Positions 31,301 through 40,174 of a DNA stretch of 64,000 nucleotides are shown piece after piece (within the stretch, counting starts at the first letter, position 1; each line of letters starts with the position of its first letter). The position numbers and the translations under genes were made by a program. Source of the DNA: a virus; the IMG/VR virus record IMGVR_UViG_3300016476_001273, positions 1-64,000 of that record. The stretch is one strand, 5' to 3'. Below the pieces are notes generated by a model. That model was not told the DNA's origin, did no database searches, and was given only the letters and a program-made list of their open reading frames with translations.

Positions 31301-34300
31301 ATGCTTTCTGAAACTCTTCTATTGTTAAATTATTATTTTTAAAATACATTCTTGCAAACACATCAAAATAATTACCAACAACTAAAGAATTTTTTATATT
31401 TGTAACTTTATCTTTATCAGTAAAATCTAATAAATCACCAATAAAATTACTTACTCTTTTATATAATTTTCCTAAAAAACTATAATGTGATTCTTTATCT
31501 TTAGTTTCTTTTATTAATTTTGCTTTTTTACCATCTTCTATAAGACTATTAATTTTATCAAGTGTTGTTTTTTGTGAAGAAGAAATATTTTCATTATTGT
31601 TTCCTGTTTCATTATTTATTAGTTTACGGAAATAACTTTGTAAATCACGGTCAGTAATTTGTTTTTCAATTATCTGCTCTTCAATCAATGTTAATTTTTC
31701 ACCATTCAATTGTTTTTTATAAATCTCTTTAGTTATTTCTATAGTAAGGTCAGGTTTTCCTACAATTCTCCACTTACTCATATCATTTTCATATGTATTT
31801 AACATACCAAGTAAAACTTCTTCTTTTAAATACAGTTTAATTGAAGGGTAATTTGGGTCAACAGTATAATATTTATTAATTGTTTTATCTAAAACATAAG
31901 AATAAACAGCAACTATTTTATCACTATAATTATATACCTCAATTTCAAATTTATCTCCTAAGTCATTTAAACTTTTTAATGTAAAAGGTAATTGACTCGT
32001 AGATGATGAATCCGAACTTGGGAGTACATTAGGTTCATTATTTATTATTTTAGAAACATCATCTAATTTTTCTTTATCTACTACACTTGTAGCTTCTTTT
32101 TCTTTTTCTTTTTCAGCATCTTTAGATAAATCAGGAGTTTCTTGACTTTTATTAACAACATTATCTTTAACCTTTTCAACAGGTTTTAATTTATCTTTAA
32201 ACTTTTGAATTACAGATTCTTTTTGAGTTTTCTTTTCTTCTTTACTTAGTTTATCATTTTCTTCTATTTGAATAATTTCACTAATAATATCTAACTTTGT
32301 TTTATGAGACTCTTTATCAAATTCTTTATCTACTTCTTTTTTAATATTCTTTAATCTTTCTTCTTTAGCAAAAAATTCATCTAAAACTTTAAAATAATCT
32401 TTATTTTCTTCTAAATAAAAATTAAAATCATTATATAATTTTTTATATCTTTTTATCGTATTGCTATTATTAGATAAGGATTCGTCTATTATTTTTATAT
32501 CATTTGCTTTAACTAAATCCTCATATGCTGTTTTAGTTGTGTTTTCATTATTATTTTCAATTAAGTTATAAGCATCTGCAATATTTTGAAGATTGACATT
32601 ATCTAATACTTCTATCTCTTCTCCGTCTTCGTTTTCAATTACTTCATACGTAGTTGATTTTTTTATTAAATCTAACGCATTTTCTAATCTTTTTAATTCT
32701 TCTTGTACATTAGTATAATCTTGTGTATCTGGTTGTACTAATTTTAATGTATTAATTCTATTTTCTAATTCAGAATAATCAGAAATAAGAAATTTAGAAA
32801 GACTATTTATTTTAGGAGACATTAACCCATTTCTTCTTTCTTTTTGTCTATCAATCATAAATTTCATATGAGACAATTCTCTTTTGTATTTACTATATTT
32901 TATTTGAGTAAGAGGGTCTTTGAAATCATCATTAAATGAAAATTTTATTGTTTTAGAAATATTTTCTATTTTATTTAACTTATCTAAAACATCATTTACA
33001 AATGAGGTATGGTCACGTGTTTGCTCATTTATATCAATATTATATAATTGATTAATAACTTTTACAGGGCTACTAGCTATTTGACTAAGATGGTCTTTAA
33101 AAACATCTTGTTTTCCTGTTTCTACAACATCATGTAATATTTGAGAAATATGTCTGTCTTTAATATTATAATACCATCTTTGAGCATGAACACTTTCAGA
33201 TTTTAAAATATTTTCTAATACTGATAAACTATTTAAACTAGAAAGAGCTTGATTATATTTTTCTTCTAATGTTCCTCCTAAACTATTTTGATTTAAACTG
33301 TTACTCAAAATATCTATTAACATTTTTTTATCTTCTTCTGTAACAGATTCTTTCATACTATCTTTAGAAAATATTGACTTAGAAAGTTCTTCTAATTTAG
33401 AAGCTATTATTTCATTTTGTGCAATTTTATTTTTTAATCTATTAGAACCTGTAGCTATTTCATAACCAGTATTAAAAGTTTGCTGAATACCTCCTCCAAT
33501 ACTACCCATTAAAAAAGATTGTATAGCTTCTTTATTAAGACCTTTATCAGCAATAGTCTTAAACATTTCACTTATATATTCTCCTGTCTTAATAGATGTT
33601 TCTGGGTGCATATAAACACCTTTATATAATGAATTACTATATTCATCTATTATATATTGCATATATTCTTCCATTCCTTCTGAAAAAGATAAAGGAATTT
33701 TAGAATATTCTTGACCATATTTTATAGTTTTTTCTGCCGCATTTTTGAGAAATTTTCCTACTTTACCTTCTGGAGTCCAGTTTAATTTAATATCTTTTGT
33801 TTTTTTAACAGAAAATTTTCCACTATCACTAACTATTTCTCCTAATGTATTTTCACCAAATACTTTTTTACTAAATTTTTCAGCTCCGGGAAAAGTTTTT
33901 AATAATGCCCCCATTTGTAAATAATTAGGAATCATTAAAACTGCTAGATTTAACCCATATCTCATGTCACCAATTTCTTGAGCTGTGCTTTTTATATTTT
34001 CTAAAGTTTTTTGGTCTGGTAACATACCAAAATTATTTTCTTTATATTTTTGAATAGCTTCTTCTTCAAATCTTTTAGCTCCTTCAAGTCCTTCAAACGC
34101 GGATTCAAAATGTGAACCAGCATACATTCTATATAATTGTGGGGCTTCTTCAATTCCTTTTCCAATTAAATAACCTACTTCTCCTATTACTTTTCTAACA
34201 TTATCTTCTTTATTTATAGCTTTAAACAAAGAAAGTATTTTATCTAATTTTGCAGGATTATTTAAGTATTTAGATATTCTTCCTCCCAATCCTGCAAGTT

Positions 34301-35015
34301 TAGTTCCTTTAGATATAACACTTCCTATATTTCCTGTTAAAAAAGCTTCTGCCATAGCTCCCACTGTATATCCACTTGAAGCTACAATATCTTGAAACCC
34401 ACCATCTCCAAAAAAAGGTATCATATCTCGTATCCAATTTTCCTTACTCCAATTAGATTTATAATTTCTATTATTTTCTGCTACTTCATTTGAAAATTCA
34501 AAAAGAGTTTTATTTAATCCACTATCCCATCCTACATTAAAAAATTCAGAAATAGGTTTATCTCTTCCAGATAGATAACCTGCTACATTAATAGTACTAC
34601 CAATAATATTAGGTATTGCGGCTAATCCACCTATAAATGAAGAACTAGCTGCTACTCCAAAATTTTTAGCTGTATTTAAATATCTTTCAGTATCTGTTTG
34701 AGTACTCCTCATAAGAGCCTCATAGTTATCATCAAATTTTATTCTTTCACTAATTTCATCTCCTTTATTAATTTTTTTTAATTCATCAGGAGTTACTTTT
34801 ACATATTTATCTTGATATTGTTCATCAATTTTATCTAAATCAACTTTAGGACTATTTAAAATATCTCTTTGTATTTTTTTAATAATATCTTCTTCTTTTT
34901 TCTCTGTAGGAATAGGAGAAAACTCTGGAGAATTTAAAGGAGAATTTAAAGAAATATCAAAATCTAAAGGTGATAATTTAGGAGCTTCTATTTTAGGTAT
35001 TAATATTTTATCCAT
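25368..35015 (-). CDS. Giant ejected virion protein with PD-(D/E)XK nuclease and repeat-bracketed variable domains
   Basis: 3215 aa. Gly/Ala-rich hydrophobic N-terminal region and SEGMEEYMQ motif typical of the crAss-like protein upstream of the RNAP. AGTLDMVVVD...IYDFKT nuclease motif. TAATG overlaps at both ends. Confidence 0.75.
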   Translation of the reverse strand: MDKILIPKIEAPKLSPLDFDISLNSPLNSPEFSPIPTEKKEEDIIKKIQRDILNSPKVDLDKIDEQYQDKYVKVTPDELKKINKGDEISERIKFDDNYEALMRSTQTDTERYLNTAKNFGVAASSSFIGGLAAIPNIIGSTINVAGYLSGRDKPISEFFNVGWDSGLNKTLFEFSNEVAENNRNYKSNWSKENWIRDMIPFFGDGGFQDIVASSGYTVGAMAEAFLTGNIGSVISKGTKLAGLGGRISKYLNNPAKLDKILSLFKAINKEDNVRKVIGEVGYLIGKGIEEAPQLYRMYAGSHFESAFEGLEGAKRFEEEAIQKYKENNFGMLPDQKTLENIKSTAQEIGDMRYGLNLAVLMIPNYLQMGALLKTFPGAEKFSKKVFGENTLGEIVSDSGKFSVKKTKDIKLNWTPEGKVGKFLKNAAEKTIKYGQEYSKIPLSFSEGMEEYMQYIIDEYSNSLYKGVYMHPETSIKTGEYISEMFKTIADKGLNKEAIQSFLMGSIGGGIQQTFNTGYEIATGSNRLKNKIAQNEIIASKLEELSKSIFSKDSMKESVTEEDKKMLIDILSNSLNQNSLGGTLEEKYNQALSSLNSLSVLENILKSESVHAQRWYYNIKDRHISQILHDVVETGKQDVFKDHLSQIASSPVKVINQLYNIDINEQTRDHTSFVNDVLDKLNKIENISKTIKFSFNDDFKDPLTQIKYSKYKRELSHMKFMIDRQKERRNGLMSPKINSLSKFLISDYSELENRINTLKLVQPDTQDYTNVQEELKRLENALDLIKKSTTYEVIENEDGEEIEVLDNVNLQNIADAYNLIENNNENTTKTAYEDLVKANDIKIIDESLSNNSNTIKRYKKLYNDFNFYLEENKDYFKVLDEFFAKEERLKNIKKEVDKEFDKESHKTKLDIISEIIQIEENDKLSKEEKKTQKESVIQKFKDKLKPVEKVKDNVVNKSQETPDLSKDAEKEKEKEATSVVDKEKLDDVSKIINNEPNVLPSSDSSSTSQLPFTLKSLNDLGDKFEIEVYNYSDKIVAVYSYVLDKTINKYYTVDPNYPSIKLYLKEEVLLGMLNTYENDMSKWRIVGKPDLTIEITKEIYKKQLNGEKLTLIEEQIIEKQITDRDLQSYFRKLINNETGNNNENISSSQKTTLDKINSLIEDGKKAKLIKETKDKESHYSFLGKLYKRVSNFIGDLLDFTDKDKVTNIKNSLVVGNYFDVFARMYFKNNNLTIEEFQKALKEKETKDGKEQFTKIEVEKIFNESKNKFKQIQDDIKKQLNDNNLVFITDEIFVHTDIKLEEGWDGVAGTLDMVVVDSKGIVHIYDFKTKAENDSRYPINKDKIEKPFSKKQKSDKEKWTDQQTAYSIMLEQTLGYKPNINIVVIPVSYKKEKFEGDFKNKIDVENFNPLPFDLKLAKTSPFIYTLKFDENNKLVTTLKTPSSTKSEIEGQIGTSNYYVNEGLIFYQNEDGTLKPIPNPDKKDVLEVVKDDIEKRRRFETVYVEDRLKKEADLAKTLDFTNHRDETLWKLLGMFFQAITEFTSKGKNYTIVKGFSKYYKNVLDEEGNVVIVISKSGLEYDIHNTSREEAKEILSHAQKKGYDENKEKQINDKYDKELESLNQQNTQKQQEAELEAKKADIERRRQEELSNTGLYEYDKKFKEFQTYGSTVREAFNNLHEEVKNNPTNKELSDFLDYIIANLVPEDIQKGSDENPLVQEYINKNQQNIEKAAKSTKSKISKINAKYDAELATLKSKTATDIEAKKADIERRIQKEIKEENLKLGEKILNSLDYKTQNRLSNGNVKGGQSGWKIRFNIKNSKTNNSYYGQSIDKEYNEKAEKLINFLLEYFGSKEKANSKNLQNHYIIKDDSGNEREPFKHLAGGEIGESDFTIYIGSADDVLKFISDIKLKFPNILELITTGNLGDDTQIDDLFKGRIEGRHIGFSGYHVPTNLNKVINNDEFSFIYDNKIVSVKYDGNSLSDIYVYIEGENVLYKGVFDKKLKEKHPLLYQNIRNIIGFQLYGKYLTGTNDKFLSFIENTSDFIEPLFLDKDTIKKQLENLSYSEKINKLIELGILTSLNVDGKLSNDINDVHLGWTVDRPIVFMKLGNDIVPFYRSSKGTGGKEKNRWYPFFGFGTDGWVIKGTVPEMERYYDNPLFKLVGDILTEEINYEGGLDLQKGNLKDFHPLFSKGEKSLNSKQINLLLYQKETIDINNLNQGFDKNIQYNKIKTLLDNWNTYLSNIKNKNQSNTQDVVPEKKKEIVDVIKEDIEKRRQEKLIFTFGKNIDVISSGRLAVIERNVYFTPKYPKGANRLANREDAEKLVNEYIEINAEYDKELAKELYKEMESGKMITEFTPDEQKILNKYNTPELRKSVEEELEKLEENFNTKDLEGQEFTILYFGGNNENGEFDNNYIKKSTDEFYFQIIPDENGKTGRLIPNTSLSTVNTIIQNLNVFQNSLEFNKLSFTPTKMDILKEGVVAKTNTGWKVTEKAVVNIIDERETEQSLNDEKSETLESNIENQQLESTQEIEQNEDELLLNKENENTGTPIPPISKPVSSVPNSKDNIIFMQNDFYLNDTGLGVLNKKKGNEMLLKRRKFLNSINNVSDIDFKVDKTIITLDKIEKQEIAGGKLLKINNAPIFVISTKQDDEEIILQEYRDLRNGWGISKQYLQSLRIELKDNFNFNSKNIVNAKNFESISGYVSLFNVIEYLEENNTNKLEELLNNLGIEKSYLDLSIERQKTLEKSLKGENVKLKRLLTNYISSKTLQKSTLNSNYTELVPVDELPNNKVIDENGNQYTAVLYLKILYEQINEQETAFSNNADFRNIIKEAIQGGTFYGSIPESLQEEIKIKLIAQLNETIVNEKGEVVLANSPATFLSNGFNLIFTDTETNRPYVKNLVSKNISLPDTTDLVSLIKTNEKKGDVRDDGWFINISGVQEQLNTKFEIYKVEYNNFENEKEKILGISILYGYKDNNGKTIFWRRNYNLDGVKKQNTIEFLKRKIKEDINKKFNPVTDEKDVNFNNFLKNISINFVSSTSKKFKTYEDVVAQNSHVVKGIEFKSGSDDMRNDTTYSFFHDRVEVVEDSPKLFKEDKSSFLEITTPTVIKEEKVEQEVEIREQISPELNVENESELIKFFSTFGTIELQNMNVKNKEILVFNKSNFYVLEEVINNDENMEKAFKLLIKNEAPLHKLKAILKPKMNEIYKLYLEKVKPCN
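28003..30575 (-). repeat. Dispersed coding repeats DIE[KR]RR (4 copies) and IN[AD][KE]YD[AK]EL (3 copies)
   Basis: Exact 33-nt repeat ttcttctttctatatcagcttttttagcttcta at 29711-29743 and 30092-30124. Degenerate copies near 28190-28240 and 30525-30575. Closing motifs near 28003-28040, 29765-29810 and 30165-30200. Confidence 0.85.
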
Positions 35016-37591
35016 TATTTTGCTACTTTTTCTGTATATTTTTGGACTAACAAATCAAAAATTAATTGTCGTTTTTTTTCACTAGGAGGCATTGCTGCTA
35101 AATTAGGAGAGTTATTTAATTCATTCATAATCATTTGATTTATTTTAGCTTTAGCAGCAGAAGGATTAACTCCGTCTAAATTAAAATGTACAATTTCATT
35201 AGAATTACTTGTTAACATTAATTTTACATCAAATTTTTTAGTATAATGATTTCTAACTACTGTATAAAATAAAGGAGGTGTAGTACCAGACATCATAATA
35301 GGACTACTACCATATGCTTCAACTACATCATTAAAATCAGTATCACCAGATTTTTGATTTAATCCTTTTTTATACATTTCATTAATACTTTCTGGTTTTA
35401 ATTTTACATATCCTCTCGCTTTTTCTTTTTTATCACCTTCCCCAATAATAACTTCTACTTCTGCAATTCCACTATCTGAATATATTTTTGTAACATTAAA
35501 ATCAGTAGCTTTTGCAAATTTTTGATTATTTGTCGGTTTTCCTGCTCTTTTTCCATAAAGACCAATAGGGTCATCTGTTCTCGTAATTGTTTCGTATATA
35601 CCTCCATTGCTTATAGCATCAGAAACAATATTTTTAATAGTAGCATAATTTTCTTTATTCATACTATCTTCTGATAATAAATAAGGTTTTTCTAAACTAA
35701 TAGTTTGTTCTTCTAAATAAGAATCAATATATCTATTATAATTATTATTAAAAGCATCTTTAGAAGAAACTCTTTGAGAACTAGTATTAGACGAAAACAA
35801 TCCCGCATTTGAAGAACCTTGTTCATAAGTAATTATTTCTTTAGCATTTTTATCTTGTAAGAATTTTTGTCTATTTCCACTATACACTTCAGTAATCATT
35901 TTATCCTCTGCTTGTTTTCTAGCTTTTGCTAATATTTCTTCTTTTAATTTCATATTGTAACTTCTCATTTGTATTTTAGTTAATGCTTCTTGTGTTTCTG
36001 GTTTAAATTCCCAAGAAGAATAATCTACGTCTTGCTTTCCATCTAATACATCTCTATATGCAGAATTTAAATGATTATATTGAGCTATTAAATTTCTTTT
36101 TACAATACTTTGTAATTTGTTATAAGAAGGAGTTTTTTTAATATAATCATCAAAAAACTTACTACCAAGCCCATCAAGTCCTTTTTTTTTATTTGCAACA
36201 AATGCCTCTCTCACAGCTTTAAAAATTGTATCAGGACTATCGGTTTTTATTTTTTCACTAATTATCTGAGACATAAGATTAATAAAATCTTCTCCATTTT
36301 GAGATTTAAAAGATTCTATTTGTTGATTAAGTAAACTTTCTTTACTTCCTTCTATCATTTTTTCTGTAGGAAGAGCTTCTCCAATAGGATTAATCCCAGA
36401 AGAAGTTTTATCAGAGTTTTTACTGTTTCCTGTATCAATTCCTAACGCATCCATTGTTTTAGCTTTTTCAATATCTAATCTAGTTTTTTCGTGTTCTAAT
36501 GCCATGTCATAACCAAATTTTTCCTTCATTAATTCAGATTTATATTTACTAGATTGAGCTAAAATAGAAAATCTATTTTCTTTCATTTGAACATTTTGAG
36601 GAAATGATAATAAAGCCCTATCTTCTAATTGTAATAATTCATAATACATTTTTTTTTCTAAGAGTTCTGTTTCAGTATCATTTAAATCATCTCTTACTTT
36701 AGAAAATTGTTTTATTTTGTTTTCAAGAGATTGTTTTTGAGCTAATAATAATTCATATTCTTTTTCTTTACCTACACCTTTTGCATTAACTAAAGCCGCA
36801 GAATTATTTTCTATTTCATTGTTTAATGCCTCTATTCTATCATCATAACTTTTAATTAAAGGAGAAAGATAATTATTATTAAATACTTTGTCATTATTAT
36901 ATTTCCATTTAGCATTAATTTCTAGTTGTCTTCTGTTAGCAGCATCAGTCATTATATCCTGATGAACTTTAGCTCTTAATTCTTCTTCTGTTAATCCCTC
37001 AGTAGTATAAATATAAACTCCATCAGACCTTTGTCTTTTAATTTTCATTTTTTTTTCTAATTCATCATCTATTTTTTTATTTAAATCAATTTTATAAGTG
37101 GGAGTATTAGTTCTAAATTTATGCTTTAAAGTTTTATCTTCAAGATACGCTAAAACTTTTTCGTTATCTTCTGCTTCATTATAAGGAGAATAATATTTTT
37201 CATATAATTGTGGATTTGCTTTTAGCTTTTTTGTATTTTCCATAAACTCATAATAATTTTGTTTATTTAATATAGCATTTTGAATAATTTCATCTTTAGC
37301 TATATTTATAACTTCATTACCTAAAGCATTTATTACCTTATTGTCTGAGTAATCAATATTTCCTAGTTTATTTACTTTTTCAGTTGTTTCTTTAATTTTA
37401 TCTTGTAGATATTTTTTTTCATATTCATTAACTAACCCCAATCCTTCTACAGATTGAAACATTTTTTGTAAATTAGCATAGCCGCTATCATATTGTTCTT
37501 GTTTTTTAACAAGTACTTGATGAGCAAAATTTACATCTATACTATCTATAGGTTTTATAATAGGAACTCCTGTTGTATATTTATTAACCAT
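35015..37591 (-). CDS. crAss-like cargo/ejection protein
   Basis: 858 aa, coiled-coil rich. N-terminal KQEQYD motif and position directly upstream of the giant cargo genes. Confidence 0.6.
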   Translation of the reverse strand: MVNKYTTGVPIIKPIDSIDVNFAHQVLVKKQEQYDSGYANLQKMFQSVEGLGLVNEYEKKYLQDKIKETTEKVNKLGNIDYSDNKVINALGNEVINIAKDEIIQNAILNKQNYYEFMENTKKLKANPQLYEKYYSPYNEAEDNEKVLAYLEDKTLKHKFRTNTPTYKIDLNKKIDDELEKKMKIKRQRSDGVYIYTTEGLTEEELRAKVHQDIMTDAANRRQLEINAKWKYNNDKVFNNNYLSPLIKSYDDRIEALNNEIENNSAALVNAKGVGKEKEYELLLAQKQSLENKIKQFSKVRDDLNDTETELLEKKMYYELLQLEDRALLSFPQNVQMKENRFSILAQSSKYKSELMKEKFGYDMALEHEKTRLDIEKAKTMDALGIDTGNSKNSDKTSSGINPIGEALPTEKMIEGSKESLLNQQIESFKSQNGEDFINLMSQIISEKIKTDSPDTIFKAVREAFVANKKKGLDGLGSKFFDDYIKKTPSYNKLQSIVKRNLIAQYNHLNSAYRDVLDGKQDVDYSSWEFKPETQEALTKIQMRSYNMKLKEEILAKARKQAEDKMITEVYSGNRQKFLQDKNAKEIITYEQGSSNAGLFSSNTSSQRVSSKDAFNNNYNRYIDSYLEEQTISLEKPYLLSEDSMNKENYATIKNIVSDAISNGGIYETITRTDDPIGLYGKRAGKPTNNQKFAKATDFNVTKIYSDSGIAEVEVIIGEGDKKEKARGYVKLKPESINEMYKKGLNQKSGDTDFNDVVEAYGSSPIMMSGTTPPLFYTVVRNHYTKKFDVKLMLTSNSNEIVHFNLDGVNPSAAKAKINQMIMNELNNSPNLAAMPPSEKKRQLIFDLLVQKYTEKVAK

Positions 37592-37663
37592 TTTTCATTA
37601 ACTTAATTAATTCTAATTAGTTGTAAAATTAATTATAAATTTATTTAATTAATTTATATTAAT

Positions 37664-37702
37664 AAAAAAAAAAGTCCACTTATTACAAATGGACATTTTT
37701 TT
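37664..37702 (-). terminator. Rho-independent terminator
   Basis: Minus strand GTCCATT-TGTAATA-AGTGGAC followed by a T10 tract, right after the stop of the 623-aa gene. Confidence 0.7.
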
Positions 37703-39574
37703 TTATTTTTTTCTTCTTTTTATTCCGTATTTTGCCACTCTTGTTTTTAATTCTTCATTTTCTTTTGAAAGTTTTTCATTTTGTTCTTGTAAATAATCAG
37801 CATATCCTTTATTGAAAGGACTCGGTTTTCTTATCATAGTACCATCATCTGTTATTACATAATTAGGATGCAACATTTGAGAAAGAAGCATATTATTTTT
37901 ATTTCTGATTCTCATCTGTTTAAATTCATAAGCCATTCTATCTATTATATTATCTATATTTTGTTTATTAGCTATTGTTCTATTAACATCATCGTCATAA
38001 TTTCTTCTATTTTGTTCATCTACTTGTTGTTGTTGATTATATATTCCTGCTAAAGAGTTTTCCCAATTTACTTTTTGCTGTTGATTATTATTATACACAC
38101 TTCCTGATATTTTATTAATTCTATCCATTGTATTAGCACCTAATTGCATTTGAGCAGCTTGTCCTATAGCAGAATTTAAATCAGTATTTTGTTTATATGC
38201 GTTATTAACTGAATATATTTCATTTAAATAAGGAGAAATATTTTGAGTGTAAACACCGGGAATTTTTAAATCTGTTCTCCCAAAATAAGGAAGTTTTATA
38301 ATATTATTTCTTAATTTCATATTAGATAAATATCTTCCCGAATAATCATTATTATTTAATTTTCCTAAGACAACATCATCCATATTTACTTCATCATTGC
38401 TCTCATCAACTCCTTCCTCTTTAGGAAGAGCAACTTCTGGTATTTCTTGAACAGAAGATTGTTGATTTGTATTAGCATTAGGAAACACCACATCTTCTAC
38501 TAAAGGAAGAGGGTCTTCTTTTCCTATTAAATTAGAAGGACGCATTAAATTAGTTCCTTCTGCAAACATTCCGTCTGTTAATAGTTTATCAGGACTATCT
38601 TTATAACCCCAATTATTTAATTGTTGAATTACATTATTATAATTTAAACCACTTTGATTTTTCTTTATCCAATCTAAAGCTTGTTTTTGTTGTTCAGGAT
38701 AAGGAAGAGATTTAAAATTAGGAATAACTCGATTCCATTCATCCGTCCAAGATGTATAAGCTGCAATATTATCTTTTCTACTTTTTTCACTCATTTTAGA
38801 TAAATCTGAAACAAAAGAATATTCATCTTTTTTAGTAGAAGGTTTTTGTTTTTTATTATCTACAGATTCGTATCCTTGAGAATTAAAATTTAATTGAGAA
38901 GTAAGAGGAATATTATTAAAAGGTTGAAAATAATTAGGACTATTAGACCTTCTACTTTTTACTATTACTTCTGGTAAATTATTTTTTAAAAGTTTATTTT
39001 TTTCCGCATCTGTAAGATTAAAATCTTCTACTTCAATATCTTCATTAGGTACAATTTCTTTTGTAAATGTATTTATTTTATAAAACTGATTTCTACTTTC
39101 ATCATATCCATATTTATTACCATCATTTCCAATAAAAACTCCTTCTGCGTTTTTCTTTAGTTTAACCTTTCCTCCATTTTTCATCTTACTAATTCCAAAT
39201 TTTCCTTTAGGAATTTCTAATACATTATTAGCATCAAAATTATAATCTTCATCTGGATACATAGTTTCAAGAAATTCTCCTGTATCTGCATTATACGCAT
39301 CTACAGGATAGTCAATACCTTTCATTGTAATATTTCCATTGGGTACAATTACAGGAGTATTTTCATATTCATAAAGACCATCCATAGAAACAGGAATACC
39401 TCCATATTGCATCATTTGCTCTTCTTGATTATTTCCTTGTAATTGTTGTTGCATATTTCCAATTACTTGCTGTAATTGTTGTTCATCTAATTGTTGTAAT
39501 TCTTGAATGAGCTGTTGAGCTTGTTGTTCATTTAACCCTTTAGCTTGTATATATTGTTGGATTATTTGTTCCAT
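37703..39574 (-). CDS. Internal virion (cargo) protein with Gln-rich N-terminus
   Basis: 623 aa. Poly-Q helical N-terminus, MQYGG and MKNGG motifs, and ITMKGIDYPV...MYPDEDYNF segment familiar from crAss-like cargo proteins. Confidence 0.55.
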   Translation of the reverse strand: MEQIIQQYIQAKGLNEQQAQQLIQELQQLDEQQLQQVIGNMQQQLQGNNQEEQMMQYGGIPVSMDGLYEYENTPVIVPNGNITMKGIDYPVDAYNADTGEFLETMYPDEDYNFDANNVLEIPKGKFGISKMKNGGKVKLKKNAEGVFIGNDGNKYGYDESRNQFYKINTFTKEIVPNEDIEVEDFNLTDAEKNKLLKNNLPEVIVKSRRSNSPNYFQPFNNIPLTSQLNFNSQGYESVDNKKQKPSTKKDEYSFVSDLSKMSEKSRKDNIAAYTSWTDEWNRVIPNFKSLPYPEQQKQALDWIKKNQSGLNYNNVIQQLNNWGYKDSPDKLLTDGMFAEGTNLMRPSNLIGKEDPLPLVEDVVFPNANTNQQSSVQEIPEVALPKEEGVDESNDEVNMDDVVLGKLNNNDYSGRYLSNMKLRNNIIKLPYFGRTDLKIPGVYTQNISPYLNEIYSVNNAYKQNTDLNSAIGQAAQMQLGANTMDRINKISGSVYNNNQQQKVNWENSLAGIYNQQQQVDEQNRRNYDDDVNRTIANKQNIDNIIDRMAYEFKQMRIRNKNNMLLSQMLHPNYVITDDGTMIRKPSPFNKGYADYLQEQNEKLSKENEELKTRVAKYGIKRRKK

Positions 39575-39819
39575 TTTTTATTTTTTCTAATTTTTAAATA
39601 TTTAATAACTGTATCTTTTTGAGCTATCTTTAATTTATAATTCCTATCTAATTCTTGTATAGTGTTACTGTTAGTAATTAAAGAAGAAGAAAGAAATTTT
39701 ACATTCTTTCTTAATTCAATATTTTCATTTTGTAATTGTTCCAATTCATAAAAATAATTATGTTTTGTACAACTACATATACAAAACATAATTATAAAAA
39801 TAAAGAAATATTTTAACAT
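39562..39819 (-). CDS. Putative lipoprotein with coiled coil
   Basis: MLKYFFIFIIMFCICSC: signal peptide II-like with lipobox Cys, then heptad repeats. Confidence 0.55.
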   Translation of the reverse strand: MLKYFFIFIIMFCICSCTKHNYFYELEQLQNENIELRKNVKFLSSSLITNSNTIQELDRNYKLKIAQKDTVIKYLKIRKNKKWNK

Positions 39820-39902
39820 TTCTTTCCACCTTTTTTCATTCCTCCATATTTCATAGAAGGAACAGGTTTTTTAGGTGCTGGTTTTGTAGTTTGTTTTTTC
39901 AT
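39813..39902 (-). CDS. 29-aa basic peptide MKKQTTKPAPKKPVPSMKYGGMKKGGKKC
   Basis: Hand translation. Its stop overlaps the start of the next gene (AAATGTTAA). Contains two K-x-GG motifs. Below the ORF-track size cutoff. Confidence 0.6.
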   Translation of the reverse strand: MKKQTTKPAPKKPVPSMKYGGMKKGGKKC

Positions 39903-40077
39903 TGATTTTATTAGTTATAATTGAACAATATTCATATAATTCTTCTTCACATACATTTAAAAAACATTGTAAATCTTTTACTGTTGCTGATATTTCTAAA
40001 AACTCTCTTACTTCATTTATTGATTTAAATAAATTAGAAGGAGAAAGAAGTTGTTTTATTCTGTATTCTTCAAACAT
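39871..40077 (-). CDS. Hypothetical protein
   Basis: 68-aa ORF on the coding strand with an ATG start. No recognisable motif. Confidence 0.45.
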   Translation of the reverse strand: MFEEYRIKQLLSPSNLFKSINEVREFLEISATVKDLQCFLNVCEEELYEYCSIITNKINEKTNYKTST

Positions 40078-40174
40078 ATTATAAAAGATTTAATAAATCA
40101 AAATAAATTATTTTTTTTTGTTTTTAATTTTAATTTTCATTTTTTTACATTTTAAATATAATAATTTTTTTACT

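Noticed and set aside
13468-35015. Inteins or introns in the giant genes
   Set aside because: I saw no intein-type C...HN-[CST] junctions, LAGLIDADG/HNH motifs or frame breaks. A profile search would be needed to exclude them fully.
39400-39574. CAA-rich low-complexity tract as a tandem repeat element
   Set aside because: It simply encodes the Gln-rich N-terminus of the 623-aa protein.
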